The notes under the pieces: generated by a model
Told to the model about the DNA's origin: nothing
The model's database searches: none
Seen by the model: only the letters and a program-made list of their open reading frames with translations
DNA from: Candidatus Dojkabacteria bacterium
Lineage (GTDB): Bacteria > Patescibacteriota > Dojkabacteria > GCA-002793355
Assembly (NCBI GenBank): GCA_030583825.1
Contig: CP129477.1
Location: 446,308 to 510,307 of the forward strand
Length of the DNA stretch: 64,000 bases
Direction of reading: 5' to 3'
Program-made: the position numbers and the translations under genes
Shown here: piece after piece, positions 28,367 through 37,950 of the stretch
Layout: every line of letters begins with the position of its first letter
Numbering within the stretch: the stretch's first letter is position 1

Positions 28367-30034
28367 CTACTTTTCCTCTGACTCTACCTTTTTCACAAGG
28401 GGTGTCACCTCTTTTAATGTGACACTTTTTGGTAATCCTGACCAATTCCATGCTACTTCATTTTGCTCACCAAATGTAATAGAAAGCTTTTCTGTTACTG
28501 AAGGAATAAATGGCCCTATCAAAGTGCGAAGAGCATACACAACCGCGACGGCTTGAGATACTTTATCTTTTGCCTCTGCATTATCTGTAATTTTCCATGG
28601 CTCATGCTCGTTTAAGTACTGGTTTCCAAATTGCGCAAGAGCCATAACCTCCTGAATCGCGCTTGCAAAGGAAACGTTTTCAAGTAGTGTCCCTACTTTC
28701 TCAAATGTTCGGACTATTTTTTGCTCGACAGCTGGATCAATAGCCGTAAATTCAAAGCTATCGCCAAATCTCTTTTGAGCATACGAAAGAACTCGGTAAA
28801 CAAAGTTTCCGAACGTTGCGACAAGCTCATTGTTATTAAGAGTAATAAGGTCTTTCCACTCAAAGTCTATGTCGTGGTTTTCAGGCGCGTAGCGAACAAA
28901 GAAGTAGCGTACAAGCTCAGGCGAGAATGTGTCTATTAATTCCTGTGCTGTAATGAATGTTCCTTTGCTTTTAGACATTTTTTCTCCGCGGATATTCAGA
29001 AACATGTTTGCGACAACATTGTAAGGAAGCTTTAATTCACGGTTTGTTTCTTCTCCTGGCAAAGGAGATTGCAATTCACTACCTGTATATTTCGAGTTAT
29101 ATGCAATAAGCTGTGCTGGCCAAAATAATGAATGAAATGGAATATTATCTTTTGCAATAAAGTAGTAGTGTTCGGCAGTGTCATCTTTCCAAAAGCTTTC
29201 CCATGCGCTTGGTGTTCCATTATTCTTTGCCCATTCAATTGCTGCTGATAAATATCCAATAACGGCTTCAAACCACACGTAGACAACTTTGTTTGTAAAT
29301 CCTTCAATTGGTACAGGAACTCCCCAGTCAATATCTCGTGACATTGCTCGAGGTTCAAGTCCTTCTTTTAGCCATGCTTTGCTGAATTCAAGGGTATTCT
29401 TTCTCCAATATGTTTTATCTTTGATATATGACTCTAGCGGTTTCTGTAATTTTGAGAGGTCAAAAAATAAATGTTCTGATTTTCTCATAACAGGCGTTGT
29501 ACCCGTAAGTTTGCTAACTGGATCAATAAGCTCTTCTGGAGTGAGAACGTGACCACATGAATCGCATTGGTCTCCTCTTGCTGGAATGTATCCACAGTAT
29601 GGACATTTACCTTCGATGTAACGGTCAACCAAGAATCTTTGGGCTTTTTCGTCATAAAACTGTTCAGTCTCTTTGCGGAGCAAGTAGCCTTTTTCGTCGA
29701 GGATTCGAATAAAATTTTGAGTGACTTCTTTGTGGTTTTCTGTGTGGGTATCAGTAAAGAGATCAAATGATACTTGTAACGTTTTAAAAATCTCCAGAAA
29801 GTTTTTGTGATTTTCTCTCCAAAACTCTTCGATAGGAATGCCTTTTTCTTCAGCCTTAACTGTAATTGGAGTTCCATGAGTATCGCTTCCAGAAACCATA
29901 AGAACATCATTTCCTTTCATTCTGTGAAATCGTGCAAACACATCGCATACAATATTTTGGCCGGCAAGATGGCCTATGTGCATTGGCCCGTTACTGTATG
30001 GCCACGACACTCCGATAAGAATTTTCTTTTTCAT
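28367..30034 (-). CDS. metG: methionine--tRNA ligase
   Basis: HIGH (PMHIGHLAG), KMSKS (KMSKSKG), Zn knuckle CPYCGY...CDSCG; 555 aa. Confidence 0.92.
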   Translation of the reverse strand: MKKKILIGVSWPYSNGPMHIGHLAGQNIVCDVFARFHRMKGNDVLMVSGSDTHGTPITVKAEEKGIPIEEFWRENHKNFLEIFKTLQVSFDLFTDTHTENHKEVTQNFIRILDEKGYLLRKETEQFYDEKAQRFLVDRYIEGKCPYCGYIPARGDQCDSCGHVLTPEELIDPVSKLTGTTPVMRKSEHLFFDLSKLQKPLESYIKDKTYWRKNTLEFSKAWLKEGLEPRAMSRDIDWGVPVPIEGFTNKVVYVWFEAVIGYLSAAIEWAKNNGTPSAWESFWKDDTAEHYYFIAKDNIPFHSLFWPAQLIAYNSKYTGSELQSPLPGEETNRELKLPYNVVANMFLNIRGEKMSKSKGTFITAQELIDTFSPELVRYFFVRYAPENHDIDFEWKDLITLNNNELVATFGNFVYRVLSYAQKRFGDSFEFTAIDPAVEQKIVRTFEKVGTLLENVSFASAIQEVMALAQFGNQYLNEHEPWKITDNAEAKDKVSQAVAVVYALRTLIGPFIPSVTEKLSITFGEQNEVAWNWSGLPKSVTLKEVTPLVKKVESEEK

Positions 30035-30136
30035 AGTTCTTGGTATTTTACCACCGGATTGGACAACCCGGCAATTGACCGTCTTACTCTAATCATATAT
30101 AATCAAATTAAGATAATTTATCTTTGTCATTTGATT

Positions 30137-30517
30137 ATGAAAAAATTTCTCGCAACAGTAGGAACAGCAATTGCCTATGTCAGCATGATCCCATCTACTT
30201 ATGCTGCGACAAACTGGGCACCAACGCAAATTGGAGACGCAAGTGTTGGCGAAATTATTCAAAATGTTTTGAACATTCTTTTGATTATTGTTGTTATTGC
30301 AGCAGTTATCTATATTACTCTTGCAGGTTTGAAATATGTAACCAGCCAGGGTGATGCAGGAAAAGCAAAAGAAGCACAAGCAGCAATCACTAACGCAATT
30401 ATTGGTTTAGTTGTTGCATTCGCAGCATACTTTGTTGTTACTTTCGTCCTTGCACAGCTCGGATTGAATGTAGAAGACTTCGATGTCGAATCAGTAGCTC
30501 GCGCACTGATTGCATAG
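30137..30517 (+). CDS. TrbC/VirB2-like pilin-family protein with signal peptide
   Basis: ATG at 30137 (MKKFLATVGTAIAYVSMIPSTYA|ATN). IAAVIYITLAGLKYVTSQGDAGKAKEAQAAITNAIIGLVVAFAAYF. The ORF-track 29807 start is an antisense extension into metG. Confidence 0.65.
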   Translation: MKKFLATVGTAIAYVSMIPSTYAATNWAPTQIGDASVGEIIQNVLNILLIIVVIAAVIYITLAGLKYVTSQGDAGKAKEAQAAITNAIIGLVVAFAAYFVVTFVLAQLGLNVEDFDVESVARALIA

Positions 30518-30544
30518 AATTCTTTAATTAGATTAGCATTTATT

Positions 30545-30576
30545 AAGAGGCTTTCTTCGGAGAGCCTCTTTTTTTA
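30545..30576 (+). terminator. rho-independent terminator
   Basis: AAGAGGCT-ttcttcggag-AGCCTCTT followed by TTTTTTT directly after the pilin-like gene. Confidence 0.6.
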
Positions 30577-30646
30577 TAAATTTTTCACCGCGATTGTATT
30601 GTGCGGCGATAATGTGTAATAAAAAAAGACGTGCTATAATTTCGCT

Positions 30647-30982
30647 ATGATAAATGCAATTGCCAAGAATCTTCCAACACTTCTCGCAATTAATGCGGGC
30701 CAAGTTATGCAGGGTACCCAAGAACCTCCATCACTTGCAGGCATAATTGCTTTGTTTATTACCCTTTTTAATACATTTGCTTTTACACTTGCACCGATTG
30801 TTATCATCGTTATGATTGTGTATTCAGGAGCCCAGCGAATGATGGGTGGCGATAATCCTGGCAAAGTAGCAGAAGCAAATGCTCGTCTTATGTGGACAGT
30901 CATTGGTGCAGTGTTGCTTTACTTAAGCGTGCTGCTTGTAAACCTTGTTGCCAGCACAGTTGGTGTCGCAACTCCTTTTTAG
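30647..30982 (+). CDS. TrbC/VirB2-like pilin-family protein
   Basis: IVMIVYSGAQRMMGGDNPGKVAEANARLMWTVIGAVLLYLSVLLV; same two-helix module. Confidence 0.55.
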   Translation: MINAIAKNLPTLLAINAGQVMQGTQEPPSLAGIIALFITLFNTFAFTLAPIVIIVMIVYSGAQRMMGGDNPGKVAEANARLMWTVIGAVLLYLSVLLVNLVASTVGVATPF

Positions 30983-31261
30983 TTTAGTAACAAAGGACTC
31001 ATAAAAAGGAATGCTCGGTTTCTTACGCTGAGCTTTTAACGGCACCCCTTGCCGAAAATATGAAATTGTTCATATTTTCCGCTACGGTTCCACTTTTTCA
31101 TCAAAATTCTTGCTGAATGCAAAAGCTCGCTGAAACCTGCGTGCTTTTTACTCATACTTTATTACTAAATGAGACTCTCGTATTTTTATTCTTCAGCGAA
31201 TAAACGGAATTTTACCGCTAATTATTCAGGTTACTATATCCTATATATGCTATAATAGAGT

Positions 31262-33517
31262 ATGAATGTATTGACTGCCCGTCGTACAACATTGTCTTTT
31301 CTCCTGAGCATTATTATATCCGGTATCATTATTGCTTCTATTCTTGTATTACACGGAGCATTTTCTAATACTGCATTTGCGCAAACTGAAGCAGAGATCC
31401 AGGCAGAGAAAAATCAAAAACAGAAAGAACTAAATGGTGTCATTGCAGAAATTAACTCGATTGTTGCATCACGTAACTCTCTTAGCACGAAAATTAAAGA
31501 GCTTCAGGCAGAAAAAACAAAGCTTGAAAACCTTGTGGCTGAAATGAATAAAGACCTCGCAGAAGCAGCAGAACAACTAAAACAGCAGGAAAAAGATCTT
31601 GAAACACTTTCTCAACAGTATGCTCTAAACCACGCTCTCTACTATTTGGAAACTAAGAAAAATGCGGGTGTAGTATTGTTTGAATCACGTGATTTGCGTG
31701 ATTTTCTCGACAGAATGCTATATTTTTCGGTACAAGACAAAGTGATTGCCACTCAAAAAGAATATATCGTTGCAAAGCAGGATGGACTCAAAAACCAAAA
31801 AGGAAATATTGAAGAAGAACAAAAAAAGCTTCAGGAAACAATCGAAGATGTAAATCTGAAACTTTCACAGCTATATTCTGAGCAGGAAGCATTGAATGCA
31901 AAATATAGTCAGTCATTGTCGGCAAGAAGAATGCTAACAAGCGATCTTTCAAATCTCTCCAAAAAAGAGCAGGAAATTCTTAACCAAAAAGCGCAGTCAA
32001 CTGCACCTTCGGGGAACTCAGGCTCATCGGGATCTTCCGGGTCATCGAGTGGGAGTGGAACAACAACAAATCCCGGCACAGTTATTACAACAAGAGGAAT
32101 TGATATTTTTGTCGGCAGCGAGCGAATTGCCAGCACAGATGCTGAAGTAAAAGTTCGAGCAAAAAATAACGGAAGTGTCCTTCTTAACAAAAGCTGTGGA
32201 GGATGTATGGCTCCGGAAATTGCTTACCAGGGATTTCTTGTATTTGATAAATCAAAGCGCCGCACATTCACTGGGGTAGAAGGAACAAAAACGGTAAACG
32301 TAATTAATGACATTAGCGTTGAACAGTATCTTCGAGGACTTGGAGAAATGCCTGCATACTGGGGAAGAAATGAAAAAGGTGGAATCGAAGCACTAAAAGC
32401 TCAGGTGGTTGCAGCACGAACATATGCCTATCGGAAAATGGAGAACTATAAAGGCATTGGCTTTGATTTATATGACACGACTGACGATCAAAACTATGTT
32501 GGTGTGAATAAAGTCGCAACCGGCGATGGTCAGCATTGGGATAGAGCAATCAATGAAACAATTAATATGGCAATCGTTGCAGGAGGAGTTCCTATTTCAG
32601 CATTTTATTCATCTAGTGCAGGTGGACACACAATTGCAACTGAAGAATCTTCAAGCTTTGGTAGTGTTACTTCTTACGCAAAAGCTGTTCCGGACAGATA
32701 CCAAACAAGCGAAGGAAACTGGAGAGACTATGGAGAAAATGTTCCAGATGAGCCAGGAACAGCAGAAACCTCATACTGGCTTCCTTCAGGCAACCGTGCG
32801 CTGAGTCCTGCAGAAGTTACTGAACTTTTGAATGTCGCTATTTTTCTTGATCCAGAAGCAGATGGAACACTTATTTCTGCTAGTCAGCGATACCGTGTGA
32901 CAGACCCTTCAAGCTCAGGATATCTGAATGCTCAGGCTCTTGCTGACCATCTTGGGCCAAATTCAGTACAAAGCAAAGTAGGAACATTAACGTCGGTAAA
33001 ACATGTCTATAATACTGGTGACCAGACTATTCAGCAGGGAACTAAAAATACTCGTTATTTGGAACTAACTGGAGATAAAGGGACAATGCGAATTAGCGGT
33101 CAGGCGTTTAGAACAGGGTACAACTTCCGATCTCCGGGAACAAATGTTATTTGGTCGTCTGCGAATTTACCGCTGTACGATGTCGTTCAGAAAGCAAATT
33201 GTAATGTCGGAGGGACTAATCATTCTCCATGTTGGGAATTTTGGTCACGCGGATATGGACACCGAGTAGGAATGAGCCAGTATGGCGCATATGGAAGAGC
33301 TCGCGCAGGACAGGACTACAGAACAATCCTGAAAGCTTACTATACTAACGTAGATATAGTACAATACTCAATCGGAAGGAATGTAAAAGTTGCAATTACG
33401 AAAGGTGGAAGCACTCAGTCATATATGAAATCTTCTCAGGAGATTGAAATTTATGAAGGAGGAAACCTTATCAGAACAGTTCCTGCCAATACGACAATTA
33501 AAATTGCTTACAACTAA
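31262..33517 (+). CDS. SpoIID/LytB-domain protein with N-terminal TM and coiled coil
   Basis: VEQYLRGLGEMPAYWGRNEKGGIEALKAQVVAARTYAYRKM...DLYDTTDDQNYVG and SRGYGHRVGMSQYGAYGRA match SpoIID/LytB motifs; residues 40-240 heptad-rich; Ser/Gly linker. Confidence 0.65.
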   Translation: MNVLTARRTTLSFLLSIIISGIIIASILVLHGAFSNTAFAQTEAEIQAEKNQKQKELNGVIAEINSIVASRNSLSTKIKELQAEKTKLENLVAEMNKDLAEAAEQLKQQEKDLETLSQQYALNHALYYLETKKNAGVVLFESRDLRDFLDRMLYFSVQDKVIATQKEYIVAKQDGLKNQKGNIEEEQKKLQETIEDVNLKLSQLYSEQEALNAKYSQSLSARRMLTSDLSNLSKKEQEILNQKAQSTAPSGNSGSSGSSGSSSGSGTTTNPGTVITTRGIDIFVGSERIASTDAEVKVRAKNNGSVLLNKSCGGCMAPEIAYQGFLVFDKSKRRTFTGVEGTKTVNVINDISVEQYLRGLGEMPAYWGRNEKGGIEALKAQVVAARTYAYRKMENYKGIGFDLYDTTDDQNYVGVNKVATGDGQHWDRAINETINMAIVAGGVPISAFYSSSAGGHTIATEESSSFGSVTSYAKAVPDRYQTSEGNWRDYGENVPDEPGTAETSYWLPSGNRALSPAEVTELLNVAIFLDPEADGTLISASQRYRVTDPSSSGYLNAQALADHLGPNSVQSKVGTLTSVKHVYNTGDQTIQQGTKNTRYLELTGDKGTMRISGQAFRTGYNFRSPGTNVIWSSANLPLYDVVQKANCNVGGTNHSPCWEFWSRGYGHRVGMSQYGAYGRARAGQDYRTILKAYYTNVDIVQYSIGRNVKVAITKGGSTQSYMKSSQEIEIYEGGNLIRTVPANTTIKIAYN

Positions 33518-34132
33518 GTGCCGGATATCAAACAGGGACAATCGTCCTTCGAGAAGCTTAAAAGACTTTCTCAAATCAGCCTTTTTCGGTCTATTAAAGT
33601 TTATCCAAAAGTCGCGCGCTTTGATGGCCAAGATACTCACGAAACAATTATTCTCTTTCTTAGACAACATCCTGTTGTTCTTGTTCCCGCAGTCTTTCGC
33701 TCGTTAATGATTTTCGCAATCGGATTGATTATATCTCTTGGAATTGGCGCAATCGCCGATAGCTCAGGCCTAAAAATGGGAGCATCAATTTTTGTTTTGA
33801 TGACTTTTGTTGTTGTCGTTGCGGTCACCAATATGTTTTTCTCATTTTTGCAGTGGTACTATACAGTCTTTATTATTACGACAACTCGATTGATTGACAT
33901 TGATTTCCTCACACTTTTTGATGCAAGCATGAGCAGTACTCTTTTGGAAGTCATTCAAGACGTATCGAAATCCTCACCGGGATTTTTCTCAACACTGTTT
34001 GATATGGGCTCGATTATGATTCAGACAGCGGGTGAAAATAACAAGTTTGAAATTTCAAATGTTCCTCGACCACGTGATGTTCTCGATATTCTCATGGACT
34101 TAATTGAAAACCTTAAGAAAAATGATTCCTAG
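33518..34132 (+). CDS. membrane protein with bacterial PH (bPH_2/DUF304-like) architecture
   Basis: 204 aa; two TMs (LMIFAIGLIISLGIGAI; IFVLMTFVVVVAVTNMFF) then soluble beta-rich domain; family call tentative. Confidence 0.4.
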   Translation: MPDIKQGQSSFEKLKRLSQISLFRSIKVYPKVARFDGQDTHETIILFLRQHPVVLVPAVFRSLMIFAIGLIISLGIGAIADSSGLKMGASIFVLMTFVVVVAVTNMFFSFLQWYYTVFIITTTRLIDIDFLTLFDASMSSTLLEVIQDVSKSSPGFFSTLFDMGSIMIQTAGENNKFEISNVPRPRDVLDILMDLIENLKKNDS

Positions 34133-34380
34133 TAACGGTTTAGGATTTCCTCAAATTGCATTTGATATGTCTTCAGTTTCGGCGACGGCATTGAAAGCGC
34201 TGATATTTATCTTTCTGATAATGTATGTCTTTTTCTGCCTGTTTCTATATTTGCGTGTGAGGATTTTGTCACTGACAATGCAGACTGAAAATTCTCCTGT
34301 CACCAGCGTACTTGCTTTGCTCAACTTTGTTTTTGCTGTGGGGTATGTTTTTCTAATGTCATTACTGCTACTATTGTAGT

Positions 34381-37269
34381 ATGAATGTGCCCTTTCTTGT
34401 TAAACAATATTTGTCGGAAGACTTAGAACAAGGATCGTTTTCAAAAATCTTTTGGTATTTCCCGTTAAAGCGTGATATGGCGGCCCTTGGCGGCATTGGT
34501 ATGTTTTTTGAGGTGCTCTATGGCGATGTAGATTACGAAGTATACGAACAGATTTCAAAACGTTTTTGGGATACTTTTAGCGAAAATTTCTATACGTTCG
34601 AGTTTGAGCAGGCACTACGAAAATCAATCCAGGCCTTTACGCAATTATTGCGTGGTTTCGGTGTAGAAGAAGGTCTCGATGTAAATATCGTACTTTTTAA
34701 TGCTCGCAAAGAAGACAACTCTTACATATTGAGAATTGTGTCCTTTGGTGAGTCTGATATGTACGTTGTTCGCGGAGGAAAGCTTGCAGACATTTCAAAA
34801 TCAGTGCCGCAAAACAAAACACTCCGTGATATTAAATTTTTGGAAGTTGACCTTGAAGAGAGTGATATTCTTCTTTTGGGAAACAAAACATTGCTGCACA
34901 ATGCATTTGAGTCAGATATTATTGCGCTAGACTCAATGGATGCAGTGCTTCAATCAATGAGCCAATTCAAGGATAATCTTTTTGGAAACAAAAAAGTGTT
35001 TCTTGTCGCAGCGTTAGATAGTGATTCGGCAAAAGAAAAGGAATCTGTAGACGAAGAAGATTCGGCCACATCGCCATTAGCAGGTGTATTGGGTGGAGTT
35101 TCAGCATTTTTTGGTAAGACGGCAACTTCTGTCAAAGATCTGACAAGTAAGTTCCAGACAAGGTTTGGTAAGAAAGATTCTGTTGAGATGGATGCGTTAG
35201 AGCAACTGACAGAAGCAACTCAAAAGCTTCCTGAAGGCATGCCTCTTGCGACAGAGATGAGTCAGCCACAGTTGCCAAAGCGCGATGGCCAACAGTTACG
35301 ACAAGATGATTCTGTCCCGCTTATTAAACCTCCTGCAGATGTGGAAAATGAGAGTGTTGACGATGAATTACCTGTAGGCTCTGCTTCGAAGCAAGAAAAC
35401 GAGTCTATTTTAGAGCCTGTTGCACCGGTTACTTCTCAGCCAAAAGAAGCAGAAGAAATTACCAAGCCAATCGGCAAAGGAATGCCAATGATGCCACCTG
35501 AAGTGCAAGATCGTCCTGAATTGATTATTGCCTCGGAGCAGCAAACTGAAGAAAAAATTGCCGAAATTACATCACCTCAAGAGCCAAAAGGTGTGGAAGA
35601 GAGTTCTCCTGAGACCGAAACAAAAGAAGTTCCAATTATTATGCCGACACCTCCTCAGAAGGAAGATGATGGTATCGAAGCATTGCCAAGTTATCCTTCT
35701 GACATAGATATTGAGCCAGAATTAGAAGTTCCTGCAGCAACTATTTCAGAGAAAAAACCATTAATTCAAACACCAAGTATCCCTGAAGTAGACGATGAAC
35801 CTCCAACGATGAATACGCCGCGTGCTGATGAATTTCGTCCGTATTCAACAACCGTTATTCCCCAAAAGCCTGCAGGAAGTGCAGCCGCAGATTTTCGTAA
35901 CAGACGGTCTCCAACATACAAGCTGGCGGGTGGATTACTTGCAAAAGTTATGCCATTTTTGTCCGGTGCAAAGCAAAAGGTGAGTGAACTGCTTTCGAAA
36001 GTCACAGGAGGGCGATTTAAAGTAGGCAAAATTTTTGTTGGTCAGTCACCAAAAGATAAAAAGGTCATGTATATTGGTATTGGGATTTTTATTCTCGTTG
36101 TGTTCGGGCTTGTATTGTATATTCGGGGACAGTTTGTTCAAGCAGGAAAAGAACGCGATGCACTTGCACAATACGATGCTGCAGTAAATCCATTGCAATC
36201 ATTTTATGATACAAATATCGCGAGTATTACGGTGGAAGATCCAGGTAGGTATTTAGACAAATGTTTCTTAGAGATTTCAACAGCAGAGTCGAAGATTCAG
36301 CAAATTCCTGACGTTATCAAGTCAGAAGACAGTAAGATAAAGCGTGAAGAAAAGGCTGGAAAGTTAGCACAAATAAAAGAGAACTGTACGACAAAGTATG
36401 ACAAGATCAATGGCATTGTTCGCGTTAAAACGGCAAATTTGATTACCGACTTTAGAGTATCTCTTGGCAGTGATGCAGACCCTATAGATATGGCAATTAA
36501 GGGTGGATCGCTTGTTGTTGCAGATAAAGGAAGAAAAGCGATTTATCAGGTGAATCCTGCAAATTCCAGTATTATGAAACTTGAAGATCCTTCAGGACTT
36601 ATTACTGATCCTGTAAGTGTTGGAACCGGCGAAGACATTGTGTTTGCCTGTGATAAAAACAGCGGAGTGGTGTATACAGATACGCAGGAAGGTTTCCGCA
36701 GAATTGTAGGATTGGAGCCTGGAGCCGTGGGAGAATGTTCAATTGTGAAAGGATTCGGTAAGAATGTCTACGTTATCCCAAGCACAAAAGACAGAGTGTT
36801 GCGTTCATTGTACCAAAGCAATGCGTATCAACAACCAACTCGATATATTGACGGCCTTGCAGACGTTCGCGATGTGGTTATTGATGGAAATATCTATATA
36901 GTGTCGGGTGGCGTAGAAAAAGCTGAGGTCTGGAAATTCTTTTCGGGCCGACGAGATACATTTTCACTCGAAGACTCTATCGAAATAGGAAATGCCACAA
37001 GTGCCTACACAAATCCTTCTGATACATACAATATTTATGTGTATGACAAAACAAAGAATCAGGTTATTGGAGTAGAAAAAGCAACTGCGCGTCGTCATCC
37101 GGGAATTGGAACTCAGGCAAGAACGTTTATTTTCGAAAATGCACAGATGTTCAATGATGTCCGAGACATCGTTGTTGACCTCCGTGACGCTCGGGAAGTA
37201 TATATGTATGTGTTAAATGGCTCAACCATTTGGCAGGTTTCGGTTCCTCGTGTAGAGACGGGAGAATAA
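34381..37269 (+). CDS. large bitopic protein: degenerate PP2C-like N-domain, acidic disordered region, TM, extracellular C-domain
   Basis: 962 aa. N-domain has PP2C-like blocks (MAALGGIGMFF; FGESDMYVVRGGKL; DILLLGNKTLLHNA) without the metal-binding Asp residues. E/P/D-rich ~300 aa. TM IGIGIFILVVFGLVLYI. Then ~400 aa beta-rich. Confidence 0.5.
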   Translation: MNVPFLVKQYLSEDLEQGSFSKIFWYFPLKRDMAALGGIGMFFEVLYGDVDYEVYEQISKRFWDTFSENFYTFEFEQALRKSIQAFTQLLRGFGVEEGLDVNIVLFNARKEDNSYILRIVSFGESDMYVVRGGKLADISKSVPQNKTLRDIKFLEVDLEESDILLLGNKTLLHNAFESDIIALDSMDAVLQSMSQFKDNLFGNKKVFLVAALDSDSAKEKESVDEEDSATSPLAGVLGGVSAFFGKTATSVKDLTSKFQTRFGKKDSVEMDALEQLTEATQKLPEGMPLATEMSQPQLPKRDGQQLRQDDSVPLIKPPADVENESVDDELPVGSASKQENESILEPVAPVTSQPKEAEEITKPIGKGMPMMPPEVQDRPELIIASEQQTEEKIAEITSPQEPKGVEESSPETETKEVPIIMPTPPQKEDDGIEALPSYPSDIDIEPELEVPAATISEKKPLIQTPSIPEVDDEPPTMNTPRADEFRPYSTTVIPQKPAGSAAADFRNRRSPTYKLAGGLLAKVMPFLSGAKQKVSELLSKVTGGRFKVGKIFVGQSPKDKKVMYIGIGIFILVVFGLVLYIRGQFVQAGKERDALAQYDAAVNPLQSFYDTNIASITVEDPGRYLDKCFLEISTAESKIQQIPDVIKSEDSKIKREEKAGKLAQIKENCTTKYDKINGIVRVKTANLITDFRVSLGSDADPIDMAIKGGSLVVADKGRKAIYQVNPANSSIMKLEDPSGLITDPVSVGTGEDIVFACDKNSGVVYTDTQEGFRRIVGLEPGAVGECSIVKGFGKNVYVIPSTKDRVLRSLYQSNAYQQPTRYIDGLADVRDVVIDGNIYIVSGGVEKAEVWKFFSGRRDTFSLEDSIEIGNATSAYTNPSDTYNIYVYDKTKNQVIGVEKATARRHPGIGTQARTFIFENAQMFNDVRDIVVDLRDAREVYMYVLNGSTIWQVSVPRVETGE

Positions 37270-37437
37270 TATTTCACTAAGCACTGAGTCATTTGAACGA
37301 GCCCACCATTTTTCGTCGCAGATATACCATTGATAATTCAATAATGATTTGCGTAACGATAAATGCGTGCTGTGAGTGAAAATTACATAGTGCTTATATT
37401 TCCCGAATATCGCGCTTGTTGTAGTATAATCAATACA

Positions 37438-37902
37438 ATGAAAGTTATTTCCAAAAACAAAAAGGCGTTTTTTGACTACGAAATCATAGAAAAGTTTGTT
37501 GCCGGAGTTGTATTGCAGGGACACGAGGTAAAGTCTATAAAAGCCGGACATGTCAGCCTTGATGGAGCATATGTATTTGTAAAGCCAGGCGAAGCAATTT
37601 TGCGAAACGCAATTGTTCCTCCATGGACTCATGCTAACAGAACCAGTCTTGCAGGATACGAACCAGCCCGCGATCGAGGACTTCTTTTAACAAAGAAACA
37701 AATTAATCTCATTGTGGGGAAAAGAAAAGAAATCCGCGCAATTGTTGTGCCACTCGCAATCGGAACAGAGAAAAATCTCGTAAAGCTTGAGATTGGACTT
37801 GCTCGTCCACTCCGAAAATACGACAAAAAGAATCGTCGCAAAGAGCGAGATGAAAAGTTGGCAGTGCAACGAAAAAAGAAAACTGTCGAAACTCGGTGGT
37901 AA
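37438..37902 (+). CDS. smpB: SsrA-binding protein
   Basis: MKVISKNKKAFFDYEIIEKFVAGVVLQGHEVKSIKAG... canonical SmpB N-terminus; ATG 37438 preferred over ORF-track 37363; basic C-tail. Confidence 0.85.
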   Translation: MKVISKNKKAFFDYEIIEKFVAGVVLQGHEVKSIKAGHVSLDGAYVFVKPGEAILRNAIVPPWTHANRTSLAGYEPARDRGLLLTKKQINLIVGKRKEIRAIVVPLAIGTEKNLVKLEIGLARPLRKYDKKNRRKERDEKLAVQRKKKTVETRW

Positions 37903-37950
37903 AGTTCATTTCACTTTCTCCCCTAATAAAACGCGTGTATAATCGCGAAT

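Noticed and set aside
29807-30517. 236-aa ORF-track ORF spanning the metG 5' end into the pilin-like gene
   Set aside because: The first ~110 aa are antisense to metG; a clean signal-peptide start (MKKFLATVG) exists at 30137, so the shorter gene was called.
34104-34379. 91-aa hydrophobic ORF overlapping the 3' end of 33518..34132
   Set aside because: It overlaps a better-supported gene in another frame; it could be a genuine small membrane protein but has no independent support.
37363-37437. 25-aa N-terminal extension on smpB
   Set aside because: SmpB proteins begin near the conserved KK..AR.DY block; ATG 37438 gives the canonical N-terminus, while the extension starts at a non-ATG codon.
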